Shown here piece by piece: positions 28,595-41,340 of a DNA stretch of 64,000 nt. The stretch lies in NCBI RefSeq assembly GCF_006345805.1, contig NC_043019.1:26845360-26909359 (forward strand), given 5' to 3'. Under the pieces are notes generated by a model that worked only from the letters and a program-made list of their open reading frames with translations, was not told the DNA's origin and did not search any database. The DNA comes from Octopus sinensis. Taxonomy: Eukaryota. The first letter of the stretch is position 1. Each line of letters opens with the position of its first letter. The position numbers and the translations under genes are program-made.

Positions 28595-29375
28595 GCAGTG
28601 ATGATTAGATGTGACGACAACCGGTGATGGATGTGATGACAAGTGGAGATAGTTGTGATAACTGGTGATGGATGTGATGACAATTGATGATGGATGTGAT
28701 GACAACTGGAGATGGATGTGATGACGATTGGTGATGGATGTGATGACAATTGGTGATGGATGTGATGACGGTGAAGATAGCTGTGATGATAATGCTGATA
28801 GATGTGATGACAAGTGGAGATAGTTGTGATAACTGGTGATGGATGTGATGACAATTGATGATGGATGTGATGACAACTGGAGATGGATGTGATGACGATT
28901 GGTGATGGATGTGATGACAATTGGTGATGGATGTGATGACGGTGAAGATAGCTGTGATGATAATGCTGATAGATGTGATGACAAGTGGAGATAGTTGTGA
29001 TAACTGGTGATGGATGTGATGACAATTGATGATGGATGTGATGACAACTGGAGATGGATGTTATGACAATTGGTGATGGATGTGATGACGGTGAAGATAG
29101 CTGTGATGATAATGCTGATAGATGTGATGACAGCTGGTGATAGATGTGATGACAAGTGGAGATAGTTGTGATAACTGGTGATGGATGTGATGACAACTGG
29201 AGATGGGTGTGATGACAATTGGTGATGGATGTGATGACGGTGAAGATAGCTGTGATGATAATGCTGATAGATGTGATGACAAATGATGATACATGTGATG
29301 ACAGTAATGATGACAAAAAGATAGATGTGTTGACAATGGCGATAGATGCGATGACAACTCTAGTCATATGTGATG
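28595..29375. repeat. 22-bp minisatellite (GATGACAATTGGTGATGGATGT) with 149-171-bp higher-order repeats
   Basis: Higher-order marker GTGAAGATAGCTGTG at 28771, 28942, 29091 and 29240. Confidence 0.92.
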
Positions 29376-30493
29376 ACATTTTTGTCTAATTTAGTGCGAA
29401 TGTTGTGCAGAGAAGTGAAATAATATCCAATTTCATGAAATAACACTCTCTATGATGGGAGGGCCAAGTGGCTAAGGTGTTATTACATCACCAGTTTGAG
29501 TTCAAATCCACTGTGGTCACTGAATTGTGTTTTAGGACAGAACAGTTCATTTTACATCGCCTGCAATAAACCATGTCTTATCAAGGGGCTGATTTATCTA
29601 TCAAACCTTCAACACTAAAAACAAAAAAGGGCTTAAGTAGCAGCTCTTGGCACACATACATATTTCCACAGCTATAGTCACATCATCAATTCTTGTGATT
29701 ATTTAGTTATATTTCAGCAATGTATGTACTGACCCCCATCACATACATTTAAGAGTAATGATCATTTTCACTGATTAATACAAGGAGGAGTCAGATAACT
29801 GCATGTAAAAGTGTGGATGTAAGTAGGGTGAGTTTAGTGCTATTGTAAGAATATAGGATGGTATAGACAGAAACAGAGAAAGTGGGCACAATATTTATAT
29901 AGTGGACCAGGCATTTATTGAGACAGAACTTATCAAATATCATGCATATCATTCCTATTCCAGGGAATGCTTGGGAAAGGAGGAGGGTTGGTTTTTGTTC
30001 TGTGTGTAGTCTGTGATGGCAATGTTCGATGGGTGAACTGCATCATCACAAATATTGAGAATAGTATTCCATGATGATGATGATGATGATGATGATATAG
30101 GAGAAGAAAAGAAAGAAAGAAAAATGAAAAAGAAAAGAAAGATAATGAAAACTAAAACAAACGAAAAAAAGAAACCAAGAAACACGGAAAAACAAAATGC
30201 AGAAATATAAAATAGAAAAAGAGGAAGAAAATGAGAATAGAAGAGAAAAGGCAAATAAATAAAGAAAGAGAGAAGTAAGAGAAAAAGTAAAACTAGAAAG
30301 TGGGTGACGAGAAAAAGGAGAAAGATAACAGTGGGGTGATGAGGAGACAGGTGAGCGAGTCAGTTCTCGTTAAGTGAGACTGTCGAAACAGGTATTTATA
30401 TAACCAGTGAACAGGTGAGTATTATTGAGGTATGTCACGTATGTAATATGTGTGTGTGTATGTATACATATGCAGGTATGTGTGCGTGCATAT

Positions 30494-30542
<49 letters not shown>

Positions 30543-30667
30543 CATGACAGAAGTAAATAGACACCCCATAAACATTGTTTTATGCTTATTTTAATTTGTA
30601 AAGGTTTATATTTTTTTTAATTAATTAACAGTTTTATGTTTCAGGTTCTATATGTGACTGTTTAATC

Positions 30668-31050
30668 ATGCCATGTACAAAAGAAGCCTTGGAACTGTCT
30701 GAATTTCAAAGTGGTCACATTGTGGGTCAATCGGAAGGTGGACAAAGTGTAAAATCGCAGAAAACCTTGGGATCCCACTTTCTACAGTTAACAGAGTGGT
30801 TGTGCAATTCACCAAAGAGGAGAAGGAGTCCACATCACCTCGCCCAGATCAACCAGGGCCCTCTAATAGGACACTTCTCTTTGTTAAGAGAAGTGTGAAG
30901 GATAATCCTCGTTGCAAGGCCTTTGGCATAGCAGAACAAGTTAATGTCACTCACAGAACAGCTGTCAGGTAACTCCACAGATTTGGTTACAATGGCAGAG
31001 CAGCAACAAGGAAGCCACTTCTTTGACCAGCCAATATCAACCGGAGAAAA
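30668..31050 (+). mobile_element. Tc1-like transposase N-terminal (paired HTH) fragment, frameshifted
   Basis: [29 protein letters not shown]...LHRFGYNGRAATRKPLL across frames. Confidence 0.8.
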
Positions 31051-31353
31051 ATCAGAAATGCAAAAACAATTTTAAATATCTGGGTCAAATATAAGAGAAT
31101 CAGGTAAAAATGGGACATGGTATGAAATTAATGCAATTCAACTAAATAAATAAAAAAAAAAACAACATAGAATATTCTCTATAGCTTCTTCACAATCTGC
31201 TGGAGTGTCTCTCTTCCTAATATATTTACACAACATGCAGTTAAAGAGAAGAAATTTTAAGAAATCGGACATTACTCATTTTACCCCATTTCAGATATCA
31301 CTTTTTGAAACTTAAAAATGATCAAATTAGACATTAGTGTGGGAAAAATACTG

Positions 31354-31764
31354 GGATCTTTTCGGTTTGAATGGCAGTTTTTTTCTAGCGGTGTCATATG
31401 AAATTGTCACCCATAATTATGACCCTAGTATTGATCTATTGCATTTCAATCTGTTTTAGGGTTAGGGGTGAGGGGAAGGGTATCTTTTTTTCTTCACAAA
31501 TGTAAATAAACCCAATCTGTTTCTTAAATGAGGGACATATTCATACGGCACAGAATGTTTTTTTACCTCAATAGACGTCAGTGATTGGTTGAAATTGCAG
31601 AAATTGAAGAAAAAACAACAAATATCTTACAAACTATAGAATTTTCTCAATAAAGCCAAGAGAAAAAGATGTTTTATAAACATATTCTACCAGTATATGA
31701 AGTTTGAAATTTTTTAGTTACCTAGAAATTATGTTAAAAACTGCTGTTCAAACCGAAAAAATCC
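31354..31764. mobile_element. MITE with about 28-bp TIRs
   Basis: GGATCTTTTCGGTTTGAATGGCAGTTTT ... AAAAACTGCTGTTCAAACCGAAAAAATCC. Confidence 0.8.
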
Positions 31765-32097
31765 AAAAACTGACTTGGAATCCAACAGAGATAAAAAATA
31801 TTGATTGCTAAACACCCAAGTTTATTCCGATATTTTATTAGCAACTACAATTACAAAATCGGGTCAGAATTGAGGAAAAATTTCTTGATAAAAATAGTAC
31901 CTATCTATCATCTAACTAAATTCTAAACTCTCTCAATAACAACAACAAAATGATGCTGACCAATTTTTCTCCCAAAGATGATGCAACAGTAAAAAGTGAT
32001 GATGCAATACTTCCAATTTAACGATTTCAAACAGGCTGGAAGAAGATAACGAGCAATCAGAATTTACGCATTTTACCTTGTTTACTAATTATATATC

Positions 32098-32612
32098 ACT
32101 AGCAGTATCGCCCGGCGTTGCTCGGGTTTGTAAGGGAAATAACTATATAAGCATTTTTAGAGAGTAACTTCCCTTATAGATGCCAATTTGGGCTTTCTTA
32201 GCCATTTCTGTTTTGGTGTCTTCAAGCCATGCAGTTGTTGTTCTAAAAGAACGCTGGTCTCCTTGACAACGCTTTACGACGTTAATTTCCTTACACTCCC
32301 TTCCCCACAGCTTCACGAGGGAGGGAAGAAGGGGGAGAAGCAAACAGGTGCAGGTGTGACCATGGACGCCAACTCCGCCGCCATCGACACACGAAAAATT
32401 ATGCATTAAAATGGAATGAAAAATGATGTTAAATTATTTTTAAAATCGTAGACTCATCGTAGACGCGCGCTAATACTCAGACGGGCTCGATATTAATCAC
32501 GACTATAAGATACCCAAATTTGGTTACACTGCACCGCAAAATGTGGGAGTAGTTAGGAATCTAAATCGAAGGGGACAGACACTCACACAACTACAGTTTT
32601 ATATATATAGAT
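32098..32612 (+). mobile_element. Non-autonomous Helitron/Helentron-like element (Lep1/HINE type)
   Basis: Begins ACTAGCAGTATCGCCCGGCGTTGCTCGGG (5' hairpin) and ends GACAGACA...TTTTATATATATAGAT; CpG-rich, so probably young. Classification from recalled family termini. Confidence 0.7.
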
Positions 32613-32696
32613 TTATTGGGTCATCCCATAAATAATGTAGCTTTTTTTATACTTCTTTTATCTTTCAAAATTAAGATAAACAAAGTTCTTTTTTAA

Positions 32697-33229
32697 CCCA
32701 TTAAGTACCACTGTCCTATAAATAGGACGCTAAATGAGAACATTAAATAAGCTATATCACATTGTGTCAGTGTCCTATTTATAGGACACTGAGTATTTCC
32801 ATTTCTACTTGAAGTAAAGGAGTTTGGGAGAGGCACATGGCCTAGTGGTTAGAGCAGCGGAGTCGCGGTCGAGGGAGCGCGGGTTCAAATCTCAGACCGG
32901 ACGATGTGTGGGTTAATGAGCGAAAACACCTAAGCTCCACGCAGCTCCGGCAGAAGGTAATGGCGGACTTCTGCTGACTCTTTCGCCACAACTTTCTCTC
33001 ACTCTTTCCTCCTGCATCTTGCAGCTCACCTGCAATGGACCGGCGTCCCATCCAGGTGGGAACCTATATGCCAAGAAACCGGGAAACTGGCCCTTATGGG
33101 CCAGGCATGGCTTGAGAAGGAACAAACAAAGGAGTTTTGATAAATATTTTTTCATTTTAACCTATTTTCAATCATCTTTAAAACTTTTAAAGTAATATTC
33201 AGAAATTTAAGTATCTGGGACTTAATGGG
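32697..33229. mobile_element. piggyBac-type MITE inserted at the mariner stop codon and carrying a nested SINE
   Basis: TTAA|CCCATTAAGTACC...GGGACTTAATGGG|TTAA; the right TTAA overlaps the TAA of the mariner ORF. Confidence 0.75.
32828..33130 (+). mobile_element. Young tRNA(Arg)-like SINE with a conserved central domain (GC(A/G)ATGGACCGGCGTCCCATCCAGG); related copy at about 16425-16650
   Basis: Box A TGGCCTAGTGG, box-B-like GGTTCAAATC, no tRNA acceptor-stem closure, AAAC-rich tail. Confidence 0.75.
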
Positions 33230-33757
33230 TTAATCTAAAATATATTTTTCTTCATTTTCTACAATGCTCTTCCATCTATCTGGTAGACTTGCAAGGCCCT
33301 TCTTCCAAAATTCCCTTGTCCGTGATGAAAAATACTCCTCCACTACTGTTCTGACCTCGTCTACAGAATTCATATTTTTACCATCCAAACGATTTTGAAG
33401 ACTGTGGAATAAATGATAATCAGATAGGGCAATGCCCAGTAAATATGGTGGGTGGAGCATCGTTTACCATTCAAACTGCTCCAACCTTTGGAATGTCATC
33501 CTCACTGTGTATGGCCGAGTATTATCCTGATGGAAGAACACCTTTTGTCTTGAAACCAAAGATGGTCATTTTCTGATGGCATGCAGGTGTCAATGAATGG
33601 TTAAATGACCAAACCCAAGCTTCTCTGCTAGTTCCTCAACTGTTACGATGGGATTTTGTTCCACCAGGGTTTGTAGGACGTCCTTGTTGAGCTCTACATA
33701 TTTTCCAGGATGAGGTTCATCTCGGCTGTAGTTTCCGGCTTGGAATGTCTGGACCAC

Positions 33758-34520
33758 AAGGCCCTAGGGTGAATACTGCTGTGTATATTGAGGTGTTCAG
33801 GATAAAGTTGTTAAGTATTGGATTAACAGTGTATGCAATAGAAGGCCTTATGTCTTTCAACAAGATTCTACACCATCACACAGGGCTCAAATGACACATG
33901 AACGGATGGCCAACAATTTGCATGATCACATAACCCCCAACATTTGGCCTCCTAATTTTTCAGGTCCAAATCCACTGGACTACTATGTATGAAGCATTGT
34001 TGAGAAAAATGTCAATGACCACCCCCATAACACCAAAGATTCTTTGAAAGCTACCATAGTTTGAGTCATGTCTGAGCTGAACAAGGACCACTTAATCCAA
34101 GCTGGTAAATGATTTCGACCCTGCATAGAGGCAGTTAGCGATGCTTATGGTGGTTTTAGTGAATGAAATTATTAAATTGATAGTTTATCTTAATGTTTCA
34201 TGTTATTTTTATTAAAATACAGATTTTTTTTCTGTTATTATATAAGTGGCTTAAGGCAATGAGCTGGCAGAAATGCTAGTACACCAGGCAAAATGCTTAG
34301 AGGTATTTCATCTGTCTTTACGTTCTGGGTTCAAATTCCCCCGAGGTCAACTTTGCCTTTCATCCTTTTGGGGTTGATAAATTAAGCACCAGTTGCATAC
34401 TGGGGTCGATCTAATTGACTTGCCCCATCCCCCAAAATTTTGAGCCTTGTGCCTAGTGTAGAAAAGATTATATAAGCAGTTTTTAAAACTATAAATCTGT
34501 CCTCAAATACAGTCCGCACC

Positions 34521-34526
<6 letters not shown>
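33758..34526 (+). mobile_element. Degenerate maT/mori-type (DD37D) Tc1/mariner transposon, 3' part, with an inserted SINE (about 34254-34470)
   Basis: RPYVFQQDSTPSH...IWPPNFSGPNPLDYYV*: I counted 37 residues between the two Asp. Terminus ...CGCACCCTGTA followed by (TA)n. Confidence 0.85.
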
Positions 34527-34559
<33 letters not shown>

Positions 34560-35209
34560 CTTGATGTGTGTAAGAGGGCGGTATATATATATATATATAT
34601 ATATACATATATATAAAATATGTACTCTGCAAAAAGTATTAAATGATATCTTCAGTTCCATGTTAAACTGTTTTTATCATAACTTGACATAAGAAGTGTG
34701 TGTGTGTGTGTGTGTGTCCCCAAAATTCTCCTTCTTCTTAATATACAATATCTGTACACCACTTCAAACACTCTGTAGATATACATGTGTGAGTGTGTGT
34801 GAGTGAGTGCACAGTCTCTCCTTCACACACACACACACACACACATACACAATCCTCATTGTTTACATGACACTTCTGGGTTGGTGCAGTAAAACTGGTT
34901 CAGCTGAAGACAAATACCTGGTGTTATGTAGGGAAAAGTGGGTTTGCAATGAAGTTGTTGAGTGACAAAGAAATGGTGTTTGATTGAAAGTAGATACTTG
35001 ATGGGTGTGAGAGGGCAGTAAAATTGGTACAGTGTTAAAAAACTAGTTTGCTGGAGATGCAAACACTTAGATTTATCCGTGAGGCTATGAAGTTACTGAT
35101 GATGTTACACAGAGCAAGTATTTGTATTTGTATGTATGGGCAATTATATCAGTGTATGGGGCAACAATGAAATATTACAGCTGGGCTAGAAAGCTGAGAG
35201 ATAGGGGGA

Positions 35210-35299
<90 letters not shown>

Positions 35300-35328
35300 G
35301 GGAATAGATAGATAGAGAAATAGACAGC

Positions 35329-35360
<32 letters not shown>

Positions 35361-35613
35361 AAGATAAATAGATAAATAGATAGATAGATATGTTTCTTTA
35401 TTAGCCACACAGGGCTGCACACAGACGGGACAGATTACAAAGTAGAGCTTTTCTTTTTTGGGTAAAGAAAAAGAAAAAGTGTGGTAGGTTTTCGATCAAA
35501 AGGGATCGTAAAAGGGAAAGAAGGAAAAAAAAAAGAAAAGAAACAAAAGAAAAAAAAAAGAAAATGATCAATAGGGATCGGGTGTCACAGTGTCATGATA
35601 GATAGATAGATAG

Positions 35614-35657
<44 letters not shown>

Positions 35658-35877
35658 GGGATAAAGAGAAAGAGAAACATAGATAAAGAGAGAGAGAAAG
35701 ATAGATTTATAGAGAGAGGAAGAGAAAGGTACCACTCTGTTAAGTAGCTGGTGTTAGGAAGGGCATCCAGCCATAGAAACCAAGCCAAAGTAGACAGCAG
35801 GGCTTGGTATAGTACCTCTGGCTGGTTTGCCAGCTATTGTCGAAGTACCCAGCCCATAGCAGCATGGAAAACAGATG

Positions 35878-35916
<39 letters not shown>

Positions 35917-36299
35917 AAATAATTATATAGCAATTTTATAAAGGAAAAAATATCTATATTATCTATTAAAGTATCTATAATTGTAAATATAATTTTCTAT
36001 AAATAATTATATTGTGCTTTTATCTAATCTATGCTCCTGATATGAATGTTGTTCATTTAATGTTGCTATACTGCACTAAAGAGTAAGTTTATCTATAAAT
36101 GACCAACACCACAGAAACCATGGAACCCGACGTCAATACTGCACGATCATGTCCCATGCCATTGAGAGCTTATGGTGTGGGGCAGGGCTGTGAGAAGTGA
36201 ACATGGGGGTGGACAGATTGCTATACTTAATTAAATTCAGTTGGCAATCATTATATCCAACTTAATGTGGATGTCTTGTCAGAACACTATACTGTATTA

Positions 36300-36570
36300 A
36301 TTAGCCTTGAAAGATCCTCTCGTTTAGGTGTTTGGAGTATAGAGGTACACACATGGATCGCAGCAAATGAGAATCATCTACTATGGGATTTCAGCCGACC
36401 TGTTGCTAATAATTCAGAGAGGATGCTAATATTCTATATCACGTCCAGTAAGCTCTTCATCATCAATTCACAGCACCCCCTCAAACATGTGACACCCATT
36501 CATTCGTCCAATGGTCCTTCAAAGAGACCCATAACTTTCTCCTATACCACCACATTTCAAGTGCATTGAT
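36300..36570 (-). mobile_element. Degenerate RTE-like LINE fragment
   Basis: LEMWWYRRKLWVSLKDHWTNEWV resembles the RTE motif EMWxYRRMLRISWxxxxTNEEV; many stops. Confidence 0.5.
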
Positions 36571-36584
36571 TATGGTCCCTTTAA

Positions 36585-36805
36585 CCCTTTAGAGTTCAGA
36601 TTATTCTGTCAAATGTGATGCTTGTTTATTTAAAATGGTTTGAATTAATCATTCATTACCTTGTACTTTAGAGATTTCAGTGATGTGATTTTTTTATTTC
36701 TAGAATGACATGGTAGGGCTGAGGTGAGAGGCGAGATCTGGTCAGTTTCAATATAAAACAGGTTAAATATTTTAGCCAGATATGGCCGGTTTCAATGCTA
36801 AAGGG
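36585..36805. mobile_element. piggyBac-type MITE (TTAA TSD)
   Basis: TTAA|CCCTTTAG...CTAAAGGG|TTAA, 221 bp. Confidence 0.8.
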
Positions 36806-37049
36806 TTAAATTTGTTCAGAGTCTATGCTTCATAACCACAAATGCCTGTTGGCCAAACGCGCACTTGCACTAGCCATTTTTTTTTTTTAACTTAGTTGGG
36901 ACACTTTTGTTGGTCCAGATGTTATTAAGCTTTATCCATGGATGTTCTTGCCCATGGTCAGCCGGGTCCTGATTTCTTTCTTAGCAGCACTCGCAACACA
37001 CATGCACACACCACCACCACAAAACAACTGCATAACCATCATCTTCCAA

Positions 37050-37320
37050 CATCAGACCATAACCTGTGAAAGGTAGGAGAGTCCAGTTTGCTGGACATTG
37101 TTGTAGAGCTGAAAACGAGGTAATTTCTACTCTTCTCCTCTGGAAGCCATCTACTCGCAATACCAGAGGGCGCACACTCTCCTACCCTGATGTAATCGCC
37201 AGGGATACAGGCATCCAGCAACAGGACCTCCGTAATGCCATGATGGACCGTGAAGTCTGGCGTAGCATGGTAAATTCCATTGTCTCGACCATGGTCGAAC
37301 AATGATGATGAATGATGATA
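37050..37320 (+). mobile_element. RTE-clade LINE 3' end with (ATG)n tail
   Basis: RRVQFAGHCCR...RGRTLSYPDVIARD...AMMDREVWRSMV matches the RTE C-terminal pattern (WxGH...GRP...DRxxWR); 5'-truncated. Confidence 0.8.
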
Positions 37321-37338
37321 ACCTGTAACAACAACAAC

Positions 37339-37370
<32 letters not shown>

Positions 37371-38415
37371 CACCACCACCAACAACAACAACACACAGCA
37401 ACAGCACAAGAGTCCCAAACTGCCACCAGATGGACAACATGCCTCAGATGTAAAATAGCCAGCCCTATTAACAATCAAGCTGATTAATTAAATTGTTAAT
37501 TGAAATCTGATGAAATATCTTTTACATTAGCCAATCCCTCCCCCCCGCTCTCTCTCACTCACATACACAATACACCCCTCTCACTTCTTCACCCCCCCTT
37601 CTCATTCATATACAAACAATACTCCCTCTCACTTCTTTTTTTTCTCTCTCTCTCTCTCTCTCTACTTCTCTCTCCCACCCTTTCTAACTTTCTAATGTTC
37701 TTGCTCTCTCTCTCTCTCTCTTTCACCATTATTACAACCTTCATTCTTTTCTACTTCTCTCATTCAACTCACCCAGAACAATTCTTTCTTCCCTCCCCTC
37801 CTCTACTTCCACTACTACCACTACCTCACCACTCCCGCCTACCCTTAGTACTCTGTCTTTCTCTCTCTCTCTCTCTCTGACAAATCATTATTTACTCTTT
37901 CTCTCACTCTCCCAACCATTTCCTTACCTCTCTTTTGCTTTCAGTTCCTTATCACTCTCATATATTCTTCAATAACACCCCCTCTTTCTCTCTCTCTCCC
38001 TCTCGAACACACACACATTTGATATTATCTGGGTAATAAAGCTTCTAGCATGCTTTCCAAAGCTCCTCTAGCCAACAGCTATATATAGGAGTGGCTGTGT
38101 GGTAAGAAGCTTGCTTCACAACCACATGGTTCCGGGTTCAGTCCCACTGCATGGCACCTTGGGCAAGTGTCTTCTGCTATAGCCTCAGGCCGACCAAAGC
38201 CTTGCGAGTGAATTTGGTAGACTGAAACTGAAAGTAGCCCGTCGTGTATATATATGTGTGTGTGTCTATGTTTGTCCCCCACCATCACTTGACAACTGAT
38301 TTTGGTGTGATTATGTCCCTGTAACTTAGCAGTTTGGCAAGAGAAACCGATAGAATAAGTGCTAGGCATGCAAAGGATAAGTCCTGTGGTCGATTTGTTT
38401 GACTATAGGCAGAAG

Positions 38416-38696
38416 AATATAACCACTGGCTAGGCACACCACCAATATTCCCATCCTCCTCCCCGATTCACCCCTCTTCCTCCTCTCTGAAGAAGAGGGG
38501 CGAATCGGGGAGGAGGAAGGGGGGGAGGCGAATTGGAGGAGGAAGAGGAGGGAATTGGGAGGAAGAGGGGCGAATTGGGGAGGAGGAAGAGGGGCAAATC
38601 AGGGAGGACGAAGAGGGGTGATCGAGGAGGAGGAAGAGGGGTGAATCGGGGAGTAGGATGGGAATAGTGGTGGTGTGCCTAGCCAGTGGTTATATT
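38416..38696. mobile_element. Fold-back element: about 70-bp inverted arms around a G-rich minisatellite (unit about 22-24 bp)
   Basis: AATATAACCACTGGCTAGGCACACCACC... / ...GGTGGTGTGCCTAGCCAGTGGTTATATT; internal (GAGGAGGAAGAGGGGCGAATCGGG)n. Confidence 0.75.
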
Positions 38697-38701
38697 TAGA
38701 T

Positions 38702-39073
38702 TTGTGGTTCTCAACCGTTTCCCTTTTTTTTTAAACCTATGGATCCCTTTAGTACTCATCCACCCCACAATCATTCGCAGTTTTAAAAACTGGTGTCGTG
38801 GATACTTCTTTCAAAATTCCCATTTTGCTTTCCCCACATTCACTTGTGTAGGTTTGCAACAGAACTTGCTGAGAGAACATGTTTCAACGGCCAGAAACAT
38901 GTTGCATTATGTAAAACATGATGGAAAGAAATTGAGGTCTTTCTTAAGTAGCTTGCTTACCAACCACATGGTTCCAGGTTCAGTCTCACTCTGTGGTACC
39001 TCGGGCAATTGTCTTCTACAATAGTTTCGGGCCGAACAAAGCCTTGTGCGGGGATTTGGTAAATGGAAGCTTG

Positions 39074-39113
<40 letters not shown>

Positions 39114-39435
39114 GTTTGTGTGTCTGTGTCGCCCCAACATCACTTGACAACCGATGTTGGTGTGTTTATGTCCCAGTAACTTAGCAATTCGGCAAAAGAA
39201 ACCGATAGAATAAGTACTAGGCTTACAAAGAATAAGTCCTGGAGTCAATTTGTTTGACTAAAGGCGGTGCTCCAGCATGGTCGCAGTCAAATGACTGAAA
39301 TGAGTAAAAGCAGAAATTTTTCAGGGACCCTTAAAATACTACTATAGATCCCCAATTACTATTTTGCTTGCATGGACCCCACAAGAATCTTATAAGGACC
39401 CCAGGGGTCACAGGGACCCTGAGTGAGAACAACTG
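38702..39435 (-). mobile_element. Unamplified inverted copy of the same hAT MITE, interrupted by a SINE (about 38940-39305)
   Basis: 39320-39435 is the reverse complement of about 19803-19920, and 38702-38890 is the reverse complement of the satellite unit. Flanks ATTTAGAT / ATCTAGCT. Confidence 0.8.
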
Positions 39436-40426
39436 ATCTAGCTGGTAATTAGTATGGCAGATGTAATATAAGTTATGGTATTGGTCCTTAATTACTAAGG
39501 ACATTCCAGCTGGGACCACCCCACGCTAGGAACTTAGCACCTTGTTAACCAATATGTCTTAACCCTCTTGGGACATCTAGGGATCCTTCATTGGTGTGGG
39601 TTGATATTGGAGCAGGTTAGGGGTCGCTAGGGGCTGTTGGAATGTGTTAGCTTAGTCACTGTGAAGGTGGTGGTTAATATTGTTTATTTCAGGTTAATCC
39701 TGACTGAGCAGACTAATGGCTAAAGACTGATATTCCAACCATGACAATCCAGATTGGTTTTATGCAAACACATTGTATCAAGCTAGGGACCATTGTGATT
39801 TCAAAGAGGTTTGGCTGCTATATCTAGCAGGTTGAGTGGCCCCCCACATACAGGTGCCACATCAGAATGTGAAGGTGGTAGTTGACTTGATGCAGATCAG
39901 TTGACGGCAGTTGACTTAAATGACAGCAGTTGACATAGATGGCAGTAATTGACACAGATGGCAGCGGTCGATTTAACAATAGTGTAAAGCAGAATGGTGA
40001 TTGTAGAAAGGGACATTAGAAACAGCAGTAGCAGTAGTAGTAGTAGAAGGCAGCCTTAGTTGTGGCAGCAGTGACAGTGCATTGGTACCAGGAGTAGTGG
40101 TGGTGGTGGTAGTAGTGGCAGCTTAAACAGTAGTTGCTGTTGTAGGCGCCTATTAAAGGCAATGTGTGTGTGGGGGGAGGTGATGGTAGTTGTTGTTGTC
40201 ATGGGCAACAATGACGAGGTAGTGATGGGTGGAGTGGGGGTGGCAATGGTGATGGCGGTGGTGTAATGGTGATCCTAATGTTCTCTAATTGCATTCCAAT
40301 CAGCAGAAATGAATAAAACAAGTCGTTAATTAAATGAGTAATTAACACAGCAAAGCTGTTAGGGGAGAATTAATTAATGAGGGTTATTTTTGAGGATACA
40401 TCAACATGTTTGGGTATATATATATA

Positions 40427-40500
<74 letters not shown>

Positions 40501-40789
40501 TACATACATATATAGATGTATGCATATACACATATATAGATATATGTACACATGCACACATACGGGGGTGAGTTACTAAAATTTCAAGACCAGCTTGCTG
40601 TGACACAAATGTTTTAACCATCAATTCTGCAGAAACCATTTTTGCAAGTTAGTTATAAAAATACTCTTTGAATATAACATGTTGGTTAGTATAAGTGGAA
40701 AGGAACTCGGGGAGAGCGTAACAGCAGGTGATCCTCAGAGGAGAAACCCCCTTTAAGCAAGTGTTTCAGACCTTAACTCCTAACACTCT

Positions 40790-41060
40790 AAGGGGGTCGG
40801 GCCAGATCCGAGTCATGACTCCCGGATGTACACCTGCTGTCCGTTTTAGTACACCTTAGGTAGGATTGGTTTCTCTGGTTTCTATCACTGCTGTGACATG
40901 TGCTGCGGCCCTGAGAGGGGCTAAGTACCTGTTTCCAGCTGGGTACATTGGCAAGCACTCGGACGACCCAGTTGTGAGGGTTCTTTTTTCTCATGGTCCC
41001 AATGGGTTTTGAACTTGGATCGCCAGCTCCTGAGGTGCAGGCCTACACGACTACACCAAT
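40790..41060 (-). mobile_element. Single copy of a distinct tRNA-derived SINE
   Basis: Reverse complement begins GAGTGCCAGATTGGTGTAGTCG...CAAGTTCAAAACCC and contains CCCAGCTGGAAACAGGTAC, a core-domain-like motif. Confidence 0.55.
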
Positions 41061-41309
41061 CTGGCACTCGCTTGAATTGGGGCAAATTAAGCCATATGAA
41101 GTTGGCCTTTGTTCCTCCTAAACGAGGCTAAAATCTAGAATCCAAGAAAATGGTGAGGTATTGGAAAATCGGTAAAGTTTATTTACCACAAGGATCAAAG
41201 AATAAAATGTTTCTATGATTTGGTCCTTTGTTTGAACTTCAAGCATTGATTTCAAGGGGAAGATATTATACCAAGAGGGGAAATTAGAGGGTGTGAAAAG
41301 TTAAGGAGG

Positions 41310-41340
<31 letters not shown>

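Larger units (their letters stand above)
32614..33762 (-). mobile_element. Degenerate, internally deleted mariner (DD34D) transposon
   Basis: N-terminal HTH remnant FQAGNYSRDEPHPG...ELAEKLGFGH and catalytic remnant HQDNTRP...HPPYLLGIALSDYHLF with 34 residues between the last two Asp. TIR-like TATTGGGTCATCCCATAAATAATG at 32614. Confidence 0.88.

Noticed and set aside
28540-29379. 279-aa His/Ser-rich ORF as a real protein
   Set aside because: It coincides with a 22-bp (non-triplet) minisatellite; the protein periodicity is simply three units cycling through the frames.
31460-31485. Interstitial telomeric repeat (TTAGGG)
   Set aside because: Only about two units, located inside a MITE.
32828-32905. 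tRNA-Arg gene
   Set aside because: It has box A/B-like motifs but no complete cloverleaf and continues into a SINE body and tail. The same applies to the other tRNA-like heads.
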